In this document: piece after piece, positions 38,080 through 47,554 of the stretch | Layout of the letters: each line of letters begins with the position of its first letter | How positions within the stretch are numbered: position 1 is the first letter of the stretch | Assembly: GCA_001819495.1 (NCBI GenBank) | Contig: MHMW01000028.1 | Span: 5,398-69,397 of the forward strand | From: Candidatus Portnoybacteria bacterium RBG_19FT_COMBO_36_7 | GTDB lineage: Bacteria > Patescibacteriota > Minisyncoccia > Portnoybacterales > GWB1-42-6 | Length of the DNA: 64,000 nucleotides | Direction: 5' to 3' | Notes under the pieces: generated by a model | Seen by the model: the letters and a program-made list of their open reading frames with translations, nothing else | Told to the model about the DNA's origin: nothing | The model's database searches: none | Translations under genes and position numbers: made by a program

Positions 38080-40179
38080 TTGGCTACTCTAACGGTTATA
38101 GCAGTGTCCGCTTTTTTTGTTTTTATCCCAACGCAAACAAAGGCCCAAGACGACGGAGGATCGACCACACCACAACTAGATGAATACGGACAACCAATAC
38201 CAGAGAAAACTTTCGAACAAACCACAGGGACAACTCCGGAAGCAGCAAAAGCAGCAGGCACAGAAGCTGGCAAAAAAGCTAAAGCCAATGGCGGATTGTG
38301 GAGCTGGATAGGCAATATGACTTTTAAGGTCGTCTTTAAACTTATAGACGGGATTCTTCAGGTTGTTTTAACTATTTTTGGCTGGATTCTTTATTTAGCC
38401 GCTGCTTTTCTTGATTTTGTATTAAATAGCAATCAGCTTAACAAGTTTACCAACGCAGAAATTGTCAAAGTCGGCTGGAAAATTTCCAGAGATACGGCCA
38501 ATATGTTCTTTGCCCTGATTCTGCTCATCATTTCTTTTGCCACTATCTTGCGCATAGAAAGCTACGGCATCAAACAAGTTCTGCCCCGCCTCATCATCGC
38601 CGCTCTTTTGATAAATTTCAGTCTAACTATTGCTGGCGTGATTGTTGATTTTTCGCAGGTTTTGACAAAACATTTTATTAATATGGGCGTATCGGGAACC
38701 AATGGCCAGAGTATCGGCACCACATTAGCTGACAAGATGAAAGTTACCCAAGGCGTTCTTAGAAATGCCGAGGAATCCGGTGCCCCACCAATAAACGAAG
38801 GGCTAGACGCTCTTGCCGCAGCTGCTATCGGGCTTTTTGCCGGTATTATTGTCATCTTAATAGCAGCTTTCACTATCTTTGCGGCCGCTATTTTCCTTAT
38901 GATACGTTATATTGCCCTCCTTTTCCTGCTTATATTGGCGCCTCTGGCCTGGTTCTTTTATATCGTGCCCGCCACCAGAAACTACTGGAGTATGTGGTGG
39001 AGCACTTTTCTCAAATGGGTTTTTTTCGCGCCTGCTTACGCTTTTTTCCTTTATCTCTCTTTAGAAATAATCAAAAGCGATCTCATGAAAAACATAGGAG
39101 TAGATTCCAATACTGTTGCGGCCGCAAAGGGATTTGGCCGATATACCCTCCCCACAATAGTTAATTTTATAGTTATCATCGGATTCCTACTTGGCTCTCT
39201 CATTGTCGCGCAAAAATTGGGGGTGATGGGCGCAGGAGCGGCTATGTCCATGGTTAAAAGGTCCGGCAAGAGCGTGGGCAAATTTGCCGCCAGAAAAGGC
39301 ACCGGTTATGACAAGTGGGCTCCGGCAGCAACTCGTCTATCCGGAGCGACCCTCGCCAAAATTCCTGGCTTTAAAAATTTAGGGAAGTCTCTCCAAGGCA
39401 GAGCAATCCAAATGAAAGAAAAAAGGCTTGAAACTCCGCAAAACAAAGCACTACAGAAATATTATAATTCTCTGTCACCAAGTGATCAGCTGGCGGAAAT
39501 GAATAGAGCCAATGGCCAAGCTAAACTTATTGCCACTCAGGCAGCTCAATCCAGCGGCGCATTAAACACCGCCTCTACGGCTGATCTAAAAACAGCGGCG
39601 AATACCTTTAGACAATTTGGCAAAGATAAAGAAGCGCGCGACCTTGAGAATAAACGGCCGGAGATTTCTGTAAATGTAGATTCGGCTATTAAAAAGATAT
39701 CCGAAGAAGGCAATCTTAATTCAATACATGCTCAATCTTTGGATAACCATGAAGTGGTTGAGGCCATTGTAAAATATAATGGGCCGGCAGCAATAGAAGC
39801 CCTTCGGAATAAATCCAAACAACACGAAGACAAACTTGTCCCAACGCTTGAAAAACTTGCCAAGACTCATCCAACAGATGACAAAATTCAGTTTGCATAT
39901 GCGTCTCAGTCTGGCGATGTGTCAAGAATGACTACTGCCCAAAAAGAAGAATGGGCGTCAAAAGCCGGACCGGCAGGACTCTCACGAATGAAAATTACAA
40001 ATGTTTTAGATATAGCGCCTATAGCGGCAAATATACCGCCGAATACTCTACGTAAAATCGTCCAGGAAATGAAAGATCCTACCACTATAAAAATGATTGT
40101 AAATCATGTTATCAGCAATACAAGCACCAAAGCAAATAAAGCCGCCAGTGCCGATCCTTTTATAGCTAACCAGATTTAA
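38080..40179 (+). CDS. TrbL/VirB6-like polytopic membrane protein
   Basis: GWKISRD.AN, LPRLIIAALLINFS, LLILAPLA, WW..FLKW..FAP. Confidence 0.75.
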   Translation: MATLTVIAVSAFFVFIPTQTKAQDDGGSTTPQLDEYGQPIPEKTFEQTTGTTPEAAKAAGTEAGKKAKANGGLWSWIGNMTFKVVFKLIDGILQVVLTIFGWILYLAAAFLDFVLNSNQLNKFTNAEIVKVGWKISRDTANMFFALILLIISFATILRIESYGIKQVLPRLIIAALLINFSLTIAGVIVDFSQVLTKHFINMGVSGTNGQSIGTTLADKMKVTQGVLRNAEESGAPPINEGLDALAAAAIGLFAGIIVILIAAFTIFAAAIFLMIRYIALLFLLILAPLAWFFYIVPATRNYWSMWWSTFLKWVFFAPAYAFFLYLSLEIIKSDLMKNIGVDSNTVAAAKGFGRYTLPTIVNFIVIIGFLLGSLIVAQKLGVMGAGAAMSMVKRSGKSVGKFAARKGTGYDKWAPAATRLSGATLAKIPGFKNLGKSLQGRAIQMKEKRLETPQNKALQKYYNSLSPSDQLAEMNRANGQAKLIATQAAQSSGALNTASTADLKTAANTFRQFGKDKEARDLENKRPEISVNVDSAIKKISEEGNLNSIHAQSLDNHEVVEAIVKYNGPAAIEALRNKSKQHEDKLVPTLEKLAKTHPTDDKIQFAYASQSGDVSRMTTAQKEEWASKAGPAGLSRMKITNVLDIAPIAANIPPNTLRKIVQEMKDPTTIKMIVNHVISNTSTKANKAASADPFIANQI

Positions 40180-40184
40180 AAACT

Positions 40185-41300
40185 ATGCCAGATGATTTTC
40201 TTCAAAAAGTAAACTTGTTGCCTCAAGCTGTCAAAGACGTTATTTTTTCAAATTTGCCAGCTTCAGAAAATTATAAGGCTGCCACCAGTTACGGAATTAA
40301 TGATGCAAGGCTAAATATAATTGCAAAGATAATCGGCCTTGTATTTGTCAAGGACGTTCCATTAGAAAAACTGCCAGATGCTTTTCAAAAAAATCTGCAA
40401 GTAGAAGAATCAATTGCAACAGGTTTAGCTTTATCTATAACAAAATCTGTTTTCTTGCCATTAAAAGATTTTTTTACTGACGTCGAAAGCTTAACTATCG
40501 CCTGGTCGCCAAAAGCCGCTCCGCCAACTTTCCCGCCCCAGTCATTGGGAATTGAGACAGAAGAGAAACCGACCCAAGCTGATGCTCAAGGACAAGCTCA
40601 GGTTACTGCCGGACCAGAAACAGAATACCATCGGACAATTGCATCGGCTCTTGCTAAAAATGAAGACGCATTATCAAAACAGATCATCACCACCAATCCG
40701 ATAAAGTTTGCCGATTCGGAAATGCTAAAATTCCCTTCGGTCAAAAATTGGCTGGCCGACTACCTAAAATACAGAAGTAATTTTCCAGACCAGGAATATT
40801 CCTTAATCAGAGCCAAGTATATCAACGATACCCCGAATACCAAAGGTTTGAGCGAAAAGGAACGCCTGATACTTGCTCAGATATTAAGATCGCATGACGA
40901 ATTTACCGCTCTGCCTTTTTCTCAACAAACCGGCTTATTGCTTATAGACAAATTAGAATTGCCGATAAACGCGCCGCCAAAACAGCCGCCAGCTGCTCCC
41001 GCGCCACAACCGGCAACTCAGGCACCTCCAAGAATCCCTGTTCAGCAATCGGCTGCACCAGCACCGATTATACCGACCTATCCCGCGACACCCGCACCGC
41101 CCAGCGCTTTGCCGGCTAGCCAACCTCCCAAACCTGCTGCCGCACAAACTGCACCTCCGTCCCAGCCGCAAAAACAAGATACTTATCGGGAACAAGTCAG
41201 TTCGCAAGATATGGCCGGGCCGCAGCCTGCGCCAAAACCGGTGCCAAAGCTTAACGGAAATGTCATCAATCTGAAAGATATCTCATCCTGGCAACAATAG
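40185..41300 (+). CDS. Hypothetical protein with Pro/Ala/Gln-rich linker
   Basis: Long ORF in operon; ends GNVINLK. Confidence 0.7.
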   Translation: MPDDFLQKVNLLPQAVKDVIFSNLPASENYKAATSYGINDARLNIIAKIIGLVFVKDVPLEKLPDAFQKNLQVEESIATGLALSITKSVFLPLKDFFTDVESLTIAWSPKAAPPTFPPQSLGIETEEKPTQADAQGQAQVTAGPETEYHRTIASALAKNEDALSKQIITTNPIKFADSEMLKFPSVKNWLADYLKYRSNFPDQEYSLIRAKYINDTPNTKGLSEKERLILAQILRSHDEFTALPFSQQTGLLLIDKLELPINAPPKQPPAAPAPQPATQAPPRIPVQQSAAPAPIIPTYPATPAPPSALPASQPPKPAAAQTAPPSQPQKQDTYREQVSSQDMAGPQPAPKPVPKLNGNVINLKDISSWQQ

Positions 41301-41360
41301 GTATTTTTGATTTTGATATGTCATTCTGATCTTTGAATTTTGATATTTGATAAAATATTT

Positions 41361-41642
41361 ATGCAATTCAACGTCCCCCAGTTTTTGAATATTGAAGACA
41401 AAGTCATCGGTCCTTTTACTTTAAAACAATTCGGCTATCTGGCCGGCGCAGGCGGAGTAATTTTTTTGATATATACGGCAGTGCCAAATTTATTTCTTTT
41501 TATTTTGCTTTCAATTCCCGTTTTTACCTTTGCTGTGGCGCTGGCATTTTTAAAAATCAACGGCCGGCCTTTTATAAACATCATCATCTCTTTTATCATT
41601 TATACAGGCAAGCCCAAACTTTTTATCTGGAGAAAGAAGTGA
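41361..41642 (+). CDS. PrgI family protein
   Basis: MQFNVPQF..IEDKVIGPFTLKQF, two TMs, NGRPF. Confidence 0.88.
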   Translation: MQFNVPQFLNIEDKVIGPFTLKQFGYLAGAGGVIFLIYTAVPNLFLFILLSIPVFTFAVALAFLKINGRPFINIIISFIIYTGKPKLFIWRKK

Positions 41643-41675
41643 GAACAGCGATCCTAATTTACAAATTACATCCGA

Positions 41676-42113
41676 ATGCTCCGAATACATAAAAAGGTGC
41701 TGCATGCAGAAATATCTTACGAGCTGACAGGAATTTTATTTAAACTTCACAGAACATTAGGCCGTTTCTGCCGAGAAAGACAATATTGCGATAAACTAGA
41801 AGAATTATTAAAAGAAAACAGATTTGAATATAAGCGTGAATATGAAATTAGCAAATTAAAAAATAGTATTCAGGGCGATAAGACAGACTTTTTAATTGAA
41901 AACAAGATTATCCTTGATATCAAAGCGAAGAAATTTATAACAAAAGAGGACTATTTGCAAATGCAACGATATTTGCAGTGTTCAGAATTAGAATTAGGAC
42001 TAATTGTTAATTTTCGCAATACATATTTAAAACCAAAAAGGATATTGAATACAAAATTATATTCGGATAATTCGGATGCCCATTCGGATTATTCGGATCG
42101 CTTTAACAGATGA
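41676..42113 (+). CDS. GxxExxY family protein
   Basis: LGRFCRERQY, DFLIENKIILDIK, QMQRYL, LGLIVNF. Confidence 0.88.
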   Translation: MLRIHKKVLHAEISYELTGILFKLHRTLGRFCRERQYCDKLEELLKENRFEYKREYEISKLKNSIQGDKTDFLIENKIILDIKAKKFITKEDYLQMQRYLQCSELELGLIVNFRNTYLKPKRILNTKLYSDNSDAHSDYSDRFNR

Positions 42114-42796
42114 ACGGATCCTCAAAACAAAAATCAAGCGTCCTGAAAAAAATTCCCATTGCCGATATCAAAGACAATGTGGTTATAATGAAAGACACCT
42201 CGCTAAGAGGCGTTTTAATGACAAATTCGCTCAATTTTTCTTTAAAATCAACCGAGGAACAGGACGCTATCACATACCGATATCAGGATTTCTTAAATTC
42301 GCTTGATTTTCCGCTCCAGATACTGATTGTCACCAGAAAATTTGACGTTTCCGATTATCTGGTCATGCTGGAAAAAAAGCGCAACGAGCAGGATAATGAA
42401 CTTTTAAAAATCCAGGTTTCCGAATACATTGATTTTATCAAAGGACTGACCCAGTTGGTCAATATCATGAGCACCTATTTTTATCTTGTTGTGCCTTTCT
42501 CTCCAAGCGAAGAGGCAAAAAAGAAAGCAGAGGGAAAGGGGATATCGGGCAATATCACCGGCCTTTTCTCGGGATTTGGCAAAAAAGACGCCCAGCAGAA
42601 AATCCAGAGCTATGACGAACTGCGAACCGGCCTCTGGCAGAGAATGGAGTATATTTCTTCAGGCCTTTCGGCCATCGGCCTAAAAACCGTCACCTTAAAC
42701 AACGAGGAATTGCTTGAGCTTTATTATCGGATGTATAACCCTGATGCCAAAGAAAAGCCGAAAATAGAGACGGAACAACCAATTCCCAATTCCTAA
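42110..42796 (+). CDS. VirB4/TraC-associated N-terminal-domain-like protein
   Basis: NFSLKSTEEQDAI...FLNSLDFPLQI, FYLVVP, ELLELYY..YNP. Confidence 0.75.
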   Translation: MNGSSKQKSSVLKKIPIADIKDNVVIMKDTSLRGVLMTNSLNFSLKSTEEQDAITYRYQDFLNSLDFPLQILIVTRKFDVSDYLVMLEKKRNEQDNELLKIQVSEYIDFIKGLTQLVNIMSTYFYLVVPFSPSEEAKKKAEGKGISGNITGLFSGFGKKDAQQKIQSYDELRTGLWQRMEYISSGLSAIGLKTVTLNNEELLELYYRMYNPDAKEKPKIETEQPIPNS

Positions 42797-42821
42797 TTTC
42801 CAATTTCCAATAAAAATCCCA

Positions 42822-43202
42822 ATGCCAAATGAAAAAAGAATTTATGACTTGGAGGAAAGAACAGCTAAATTTGGAGAAAACATCATAGAATTTGCCAAAA
42901 AAATACCTAAAACTCCCATAACTATTCCCTTAATAAGTCAACTAGTCAGATCAGGAACGAGCATCGGCTCCAATTATTGCGAAGCGGACTGCGCAGAATC
43001 ACGAAAAGACTTTGAACATAAACTGGGGATATCTAAAAAAGAAGCAAAGGAATCCAAGCACTGGTTAAGAATGGTGGCAAAAGCAGTCCCGGAACTAAAG
43101 GAATACGCCAAAACTCTCTGGAAAGAATCTAATGAGCTTCAATTAATATTTATTTCAATAATTAAAAAATCTAAAATCAATAAAAATAAATTTGAAATTT
43201 AG
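42822..43202 (+). CDS. Four helix bundle protein (23S rRNA IVS-protein family)
   Basis: DLEERT, QLVRSGTSIGSNY.EA, SRKDF, KEAKES..WL. Confidence 0.92.
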   Translation: MPNEKRIYDLEERTAKFGENIIEFAKKIPKTPITIPLISQLVRSGTSIGSNYCEADCAESRKDFEHKLGISKKEAKESKHWLRMVAKAVPELKEYAKTLWKESNELQLIFISIIKKSKINKNKFEI

Positions 43203-43251
43203 AAATTAGACATTTTATTGGTAATTATTAATTGGATATTAGAAATTTTTT

Positions 43252-45096
43252 ATGGATTTGCCATTTTTTTCAAAAAAACCGAAAGCCAAAAAGGACGATA
43301 AAGAAGAAGAACGGGATATTATCCAGCAGGTGGCTGATCTGGTTGCCCCGCCGGCCTTGCAGATAAGCTCCAATCATCTGCAGATCGGCGGAAAATTCTG
43401 CCGCGTCCTTTTTGTCTTCACTTATCCAAGGCACCTGGTCACCAATTGGTTCTCTCCGATCTTAACCCTTGATAAAGAAATGAATGTTTCCATGTTCATC
43501 CATCCGGCCGACACCAATGTGGTCTTAAATCAGCTCAGAAAAAAAGTGACTCAGGTCCAGTCGCAGATATCCATAGAAGAGGAGAAGGGCAAAGTCAGAA
43601 ATCCGGTTTTGGAAACTGCCCTTCATGACATGGAAGGATTAAGAGACGTCCTCCAGCAGGGGACCGAAAAGTTCTTTTATTTTGGCATCTATCTGGCTCT
43701 TTTTGGCAATTCCTTAAAAGAGATAGACGAAGTTGAAAACGAAATCCGTTCTTCCCTTGAATCAAAGCTTGTTTATGCCAAGCCGGCTTCTTTCCAGCAG
43801 GAGGCAGCTTTTTATTCCATTCTGCCCTTAGCCAAAGACGAGCTATATATCAACAGCCCTTTAAATACTTCTCCCATCTCAAGCACCTTTCCTTTTGTTT
43901 CCTCTGACCTTTCACATAATAAAGGCATCCTCTATGGCATCAACCGCCACAACAACAGCCTGGTGCTTTTTGACCGATTTTCAATGGAGAACGCCAATTC
44001 GGTCATCTTTGCCAAATCGGGCGCCGGCAAAAGCTACACTGTCAAGCTGGAGGTCCTGCGCTCGCTCATGCTTGGCACAGACGTAATTGCCATTGACCCG
44101 GAAAACGAATATCAGTATTTAACCGAAACTGTCGGCGGCTCCTACATCAAAATTTCCATTAATTCGCCCAATCATATCAACCCTTTTGATCTGCCCATGC
44201 CGGCCAGGGACGACCGGCCGGCCGATCTTCTGCGCACAAACATCATTAATCTGGTCGGGCTGCTGCGCATCATGCTTGGCGGGCTGACTCCTCAGGAAGA
44301 CGCAGTGCTTGACAAAGCGCTTTCGGAAACCTACGCTTCCCGCGACATCACGCCCGAATCCGATTTCACAAAAGTGACCCCTCCTTTGATGGGCGACTTA
44401 AAAACTGTTCTGGAAAACATGGAAGGCGGACTGGCCATTGCCCAGCGCCTGGAAAAATACACCACCGGCTCCTACGCGGGCTTTTTCAACCAGCCCACAA
44501 ACATCGCCATCAAGAACAAAATGGTTACTTTTTCCATCCGTGACATGGAAGAAGAATTGCGGCCGGTAGCCATGTATGTTGTTCTGCATTATATCTGGAA
44601 TTTAATCCGCGCCCAGCTCAAAAAGAGAATTCTGGTGGTTGACGAAGCCTGGGTGATGATGAAAAACGAAGACGCCGCTTCTTTTATGTTTGGCATTGCC
44701 AAGAGATGCCGCAAATATTTCCTGGGGCTGACGACAATCACCCAGGACGTGGCTGATTTTATGACTTCGCCCTACGGCAAGCCGATTGTCAGCAATTCAT
44801 CAATTCAGTTATTGATGAAACAGTCGCCGTCCACGATAGAAATCATCAAACAGACCTTTAACCTGACCGACCAGGAAAAATATCTGCTGCTTGAGTGCAA
44901 TGTCGGAGAGGGAATATTTTTTGCCGGATTAAAACACGTTGCCATCAAAGTTGTCGCTTCGTATTCCGAAGACCAGGTAATTACTTCTGACCCGGCCCAG
45001 CTTTTGGAAATTGAAAAAGCTAAAACAGAACTATCTGAACAGGAAGCAGTCCAGAAACAGCAAAAAGACAAGCCCTTAACCAACGAACCAGCTTAG
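43252..45096 (+). CDS. VirB4-like ATPase
   Basis: AKSGAGKS Walker A, IDPENEY, INPFD, VVDEAW, ITQD. Confidence 0.92.
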   Translation: MDLPFFSKKPKAKKDDKEEERDIIQQVADLVAPPALQISSNHLQIGGKFCRVLFVFTYPRHLVTNWFSPILTLDKEMNVSMFIHPADTNVVLNQLRKKVTQVQSQISIEEEKGKVRNPVLETALHDMEGLRDVLQQGTEKFFYFGIYLALFGNSLKEIDEVENEIRSSLESKLVYAKPASFQQEAAFYSILPLAKDELYINSPLNTSPISSTFPFVSSDLSHNKGILYGINRHNNSLVLFDRFSMENANSVIFAKSGAGKSYTVKLEVLRSLMLGTDVIAIDPENEYQYLTETVGGSYIKISINSPNHINPFDLPMPARDDRPADLLRTNIINLVGLLRIMLGGLTPQEDAVLDKALSETYASRDITPESDFTKVTPPLMGDLKTVLENMEGGLAIAQRLEKYTTGSYAGFFNQPTNIAIKNKMVTFSIRDMEEELRPVAMYVVLHYIWNLIRAQLKKRILVVDEAWVMMKNEDAASFMFGIAKRCRKYFLGLTTITQDVADFMTSPYGKPIVSNSSIQLLMKQSPSTIEIIKQTFNLTDQEKYLLLECNVGEGIFFAGLKHVAIKVVASYSEDQVITSDPAQLLEIEKAKTELSEQEAVQKQQKDKPLTNEPA

Positions 45097-45100
45097 AATA

Positions 45101-45172
45101 ATTTCCAATTACCAATAACCAATTTCCAATAAAGTCCCGCTTTGCGGGACTGGATTAGAAATTAGAAATTTT
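45101..45172 (+). repeat. Empty heptamer-arm element
   Basis: (TTTCCAA/TTACCAA)n - AAAGTCCCGCTTTGCGGGAC - (ATTAGAA)n. Confidence 0.75.
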
Positions 45173-45177
45173 AAGAT

Positions 45178-45588
45178 ATGGCGACTGCCGAAGAATTATA
45201 CGAACAACAATTTAACCAAGACAGAGCGCGGCAGGAAGCAATGGCAGCCGAGCAACAGCTCAAGGCAAGCGGCAGAAGCGAGCCGGCGTCTTTTCCCTGG
45301 CTGATGCTTTGTGTGGCGATAATTTTTGACCTCGTTGGTTTTATCCCTATTCTTAATATTTTTACCGATATACTTGCCTGTCTAATTCTTTGGCTCTGGA
45401 AACATTCCTATAATTCAAAGACCAATCCGCTAATAGACATTGTGGCCGCAAAAATCGTGGATTTTCTATGTTTGGGATTTTTGCCTTCCAGCACCTTTAC
45501 TGTTGTTTATTCCTATATCAAAAAGAAAGCTGCCTCCAAGGCAAATTCGGCAGTCGGAGGCAGATTTTTAGCAAAATTAGCAACATAA
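45178..45588 (+). CDS. Small membrane protein
   Basis: Hydrophobic segments, DLVGFIP. Confidence 0.65.
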   Translation: MATAEELYEQQFNQDRARQEAMAAEQQLKASGRSEPASFPWLMLCVAIIFDLVGFIPILNIFTDILACLILWLWKHSYNSKTNPLIDIVAAKIVDFLCLGFLPSSTFTVVYSYIKKKAASKANSAVGGRFLAKLAT

Positions 45589-45598
45589 CATAATCAAA

Positions 45599-46420
45599 AT
45601 GAAAAAAATTATTATACCAATTTTTTTAATTTTATTTTTTCTGCTGGTTCTGCCTCTCGTTGCCTCGGCCATTGAATATCCTTTTGGTAATATGAGCCAA
45701 GATCCCTCACCCTGCGAATATGTCAGCGTTCTTTTTGTCTGGGGCCTAGGGATTGTCGGCGCGGTGGCTGTGACTGCAATCGCTTACGGCGGCTTCAGAT
45801 ATATGGTCGGCCAGGTGCAGGAAGGCAAAGAAATAATTTATTCAGCGTTGCTCGGCCTATTGCTTCTGATGGCTTCTTGGCTGATTTTATACACTATCAA
45901 TCCTGATCTGGCAACGCTGAAATGCGATACCGCAAAGACAGCTAGCGGGACACCTACAGGCACGCCCAGCGGGACGCCAAGCTCACCAACTCCCAGCACA
46001 CCAAGCGGGACAACTTCTGGAAACACCCTTTCAGAGCAAGCCGCCAGAGATCAATTAACGGCCGCCAACATCGGTGTTAAAAGCGATTGCCCTGTTGGAC
46101 AGTCTTCAAATTGTGTTGATCTTGAAGGAATGAAACAAGAGACAATAGACGAAATAAAGTCAATTGCGAATCAAGCTGGCACCTCTAATGTTTATGTTAC
46201 GGCCGGAACAGAAGGATGCGGCACAGTCCATTCTACCGGCTCAAAAAGCCACTGCACAGGCGATAAATTTGACCTAAGAATAGACCCTGAGCTTAATAGC
46301 TATATTGAAAACAATTACACCAATATCGGAACCCGCAGCGACGGAGCACAACAATACAGAGCCCCTTCGGGAGCAATTTATGCAAAAGAAGGCGACCACT
46401 GGGATGTTGTTCGCGCTTGA
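45599..46420 (+). CDS. CPR TrbC/VirB2-like pilin fused via a Ser/Thr/Pro linker to a putative Zn-peptidase domain
   Basis: YGGFRYM...GK..I..ALLGL...ILYTINPDL; C-terminal VTAGTE, SHCTGDKFD, EGDHWDV. Confidence 0.7.
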   Translation: MKKIIIPIFLILFFLLVLPLVASAIEYPFGNMSQDPSPCEYVSVLFVWGLGIVGAVAVTAIAYGGFRYMVGQVQEGKEIIYSALLGLLLLMASWLILYTINPDLATLKCDTAKTASGTPTGTPSGTPSSPTPSTPSGTTSGNTLSEQAARDQLTAANIGVKSDCPVGQSSNCVDLEGMKQETIDEIKSIANQAGTSNVYVTAGTEGCGTVHSTGSKSHCTGDKFDLRIDPELNSYIENNYTNIGTRSDGAQQYRAPSGAIYAKEGDHWDVVRA

Positions 46421-46437
46421 TAAAAATTATTTTTAAA

Positions 46438-47550
46438 ATGACCAAAAAAAAGTTTTTCATCATAATTTTGGTCCTTTTTCTTTTAACCAGCGGAGCGCTG
46501 GTTGTTTATAATTTCTTTTTGAAAAACGGAAACGCGCCGGCCGAAAATGAAACTGGTTTTCCGGAAAACGAGCTTAACCTGAAAATTACAGCCATCAGCC
46601 ATGAAAAAGTTCTTGCGCCTGCCATCGGCGAGGACAACAAAACCATAAAATATTATCTTGAAGACAGCGGCCGGGTTTCTTCTTTGGCTTTTGACGGCTC
46701 TAACGAGGAATCTATCTCCGGAAACAGTCTCCCGGGCTTGTCCGAAGTTATCTGGTCGCCTGACAGAAAAAAAGTCATCGGAATATTTTCCACCATCACG
46801 CCCAAAAAATATTTCTATGACTATCGGACAAAAAAATCGATTTTATTGAACGAAAGCATAAAATCAATCGCCTGGGCGCCTTCCAGCGAAAAAATAGCTT
46901 ATCAATACGAAACATCTGACGGCCTTTATAACAATATCGGCGTTGCCGATCCTGACGGAACCAGCTGGCGCGCTGTTTTTCAGACCCGCCTGACCGATCT
47001 GGTCGTTGCTTGGCCTGCCGCCGATAAAATCTGTTTTTTTAACAAACCAAGCAGTCAGACCGCAGGATCTCTGTTTGCCATTGACCCGGATTCAGGCGCC
47101 TTTACAAAAATTCTGTCTGACTTATACGGCCTTGACATAAAATGGTCGCCTGACGGCCAAAAAATGGTATATCAGACCACAGACCAAAACGGCAAAAATC
47201 TGAAATTATACGTTGCTTATTCTGACGGCAGCCAGCAAAAAGAGATGCCGGTCCAGACACTGGCTGAAAAATGCGCCTGGTCTTTTGATAATCAGTCCAT
47301 CTATTGCGCTGTGCCTCAGCAATTTTCCCAGTATGCGATCTGGCCGGATGATTATAACTTTAACCGCGTCTCTCTCATCGACGATTTTTACATCATAAAT
47401 ACGGCTTCGCTGGCCAAAACAAAAATTGCCGGCTCTGATACCGCGCAATCATTTGACGCCCAAAACCTGATTTTGGCGCCGGGCAACGATTATCTTTTAT
47501 TTATCAACAGAAAAAACAGACTGCTCTATAATATAGAACTTGATTTCTAA
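46438..47550 (+). CDS. Membrane-anchored TolB/WD40-like beta-propeller protein
   Basis: Repeated WSPD/WAPS/WSFD blades. Confidence 0.8.
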   Translation: MTKKKFFIIILVLFLLTSGALVVYNFFLKNGNAPAENETGFPENELNLKITAISHEKVLAPAIGEDNKTIKYYLEDSGRVSSLAFDGSNEESISGNSLPGLSEVIWSPDRKKVIGIFSTITPKKYFYDYRTKKSILLNESIKSIAWAPSSEKIAYQYETSDGLYNNIGVADPDGTSWRAVFQTRLTDLVVAWPAADKICFFNKPSSQTAGSLFAIDPDSGAFTKILSDLYGLDIKWSPDGQKMVYQTTDQNGKNLKLYVAYSDGSQQKEMPVQTLAEKCAWSFDNQSIYCAVPQQFSQYAIWPDDYNFNRVSLIDDFYIINTASLAKTKIAGSDTAQSFDAQNLILAPGNDYLLFINRKNRLLYNIELDF

Positions 47551-47554
47551 TAAC

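Noticed and set aside
40960-41260. Pro/Ala/Gln-rich repetitive DNA
   Set aside because: Explained by a low-complexity protein linker; no exact nucleotide repeat unit
42822-43202. Diversity-generating retroelement (Avd-like gene)
   Set aside because: No reverse transcriptase or TR/VR pair in the window
35483-47550. Conjugative element (ICE)
   Set aside because: No relaxase, coupling protein or integrase here; the cluster is embedded among core genes like the usual CPR T4SS-like cluster, so it is not novel in itself
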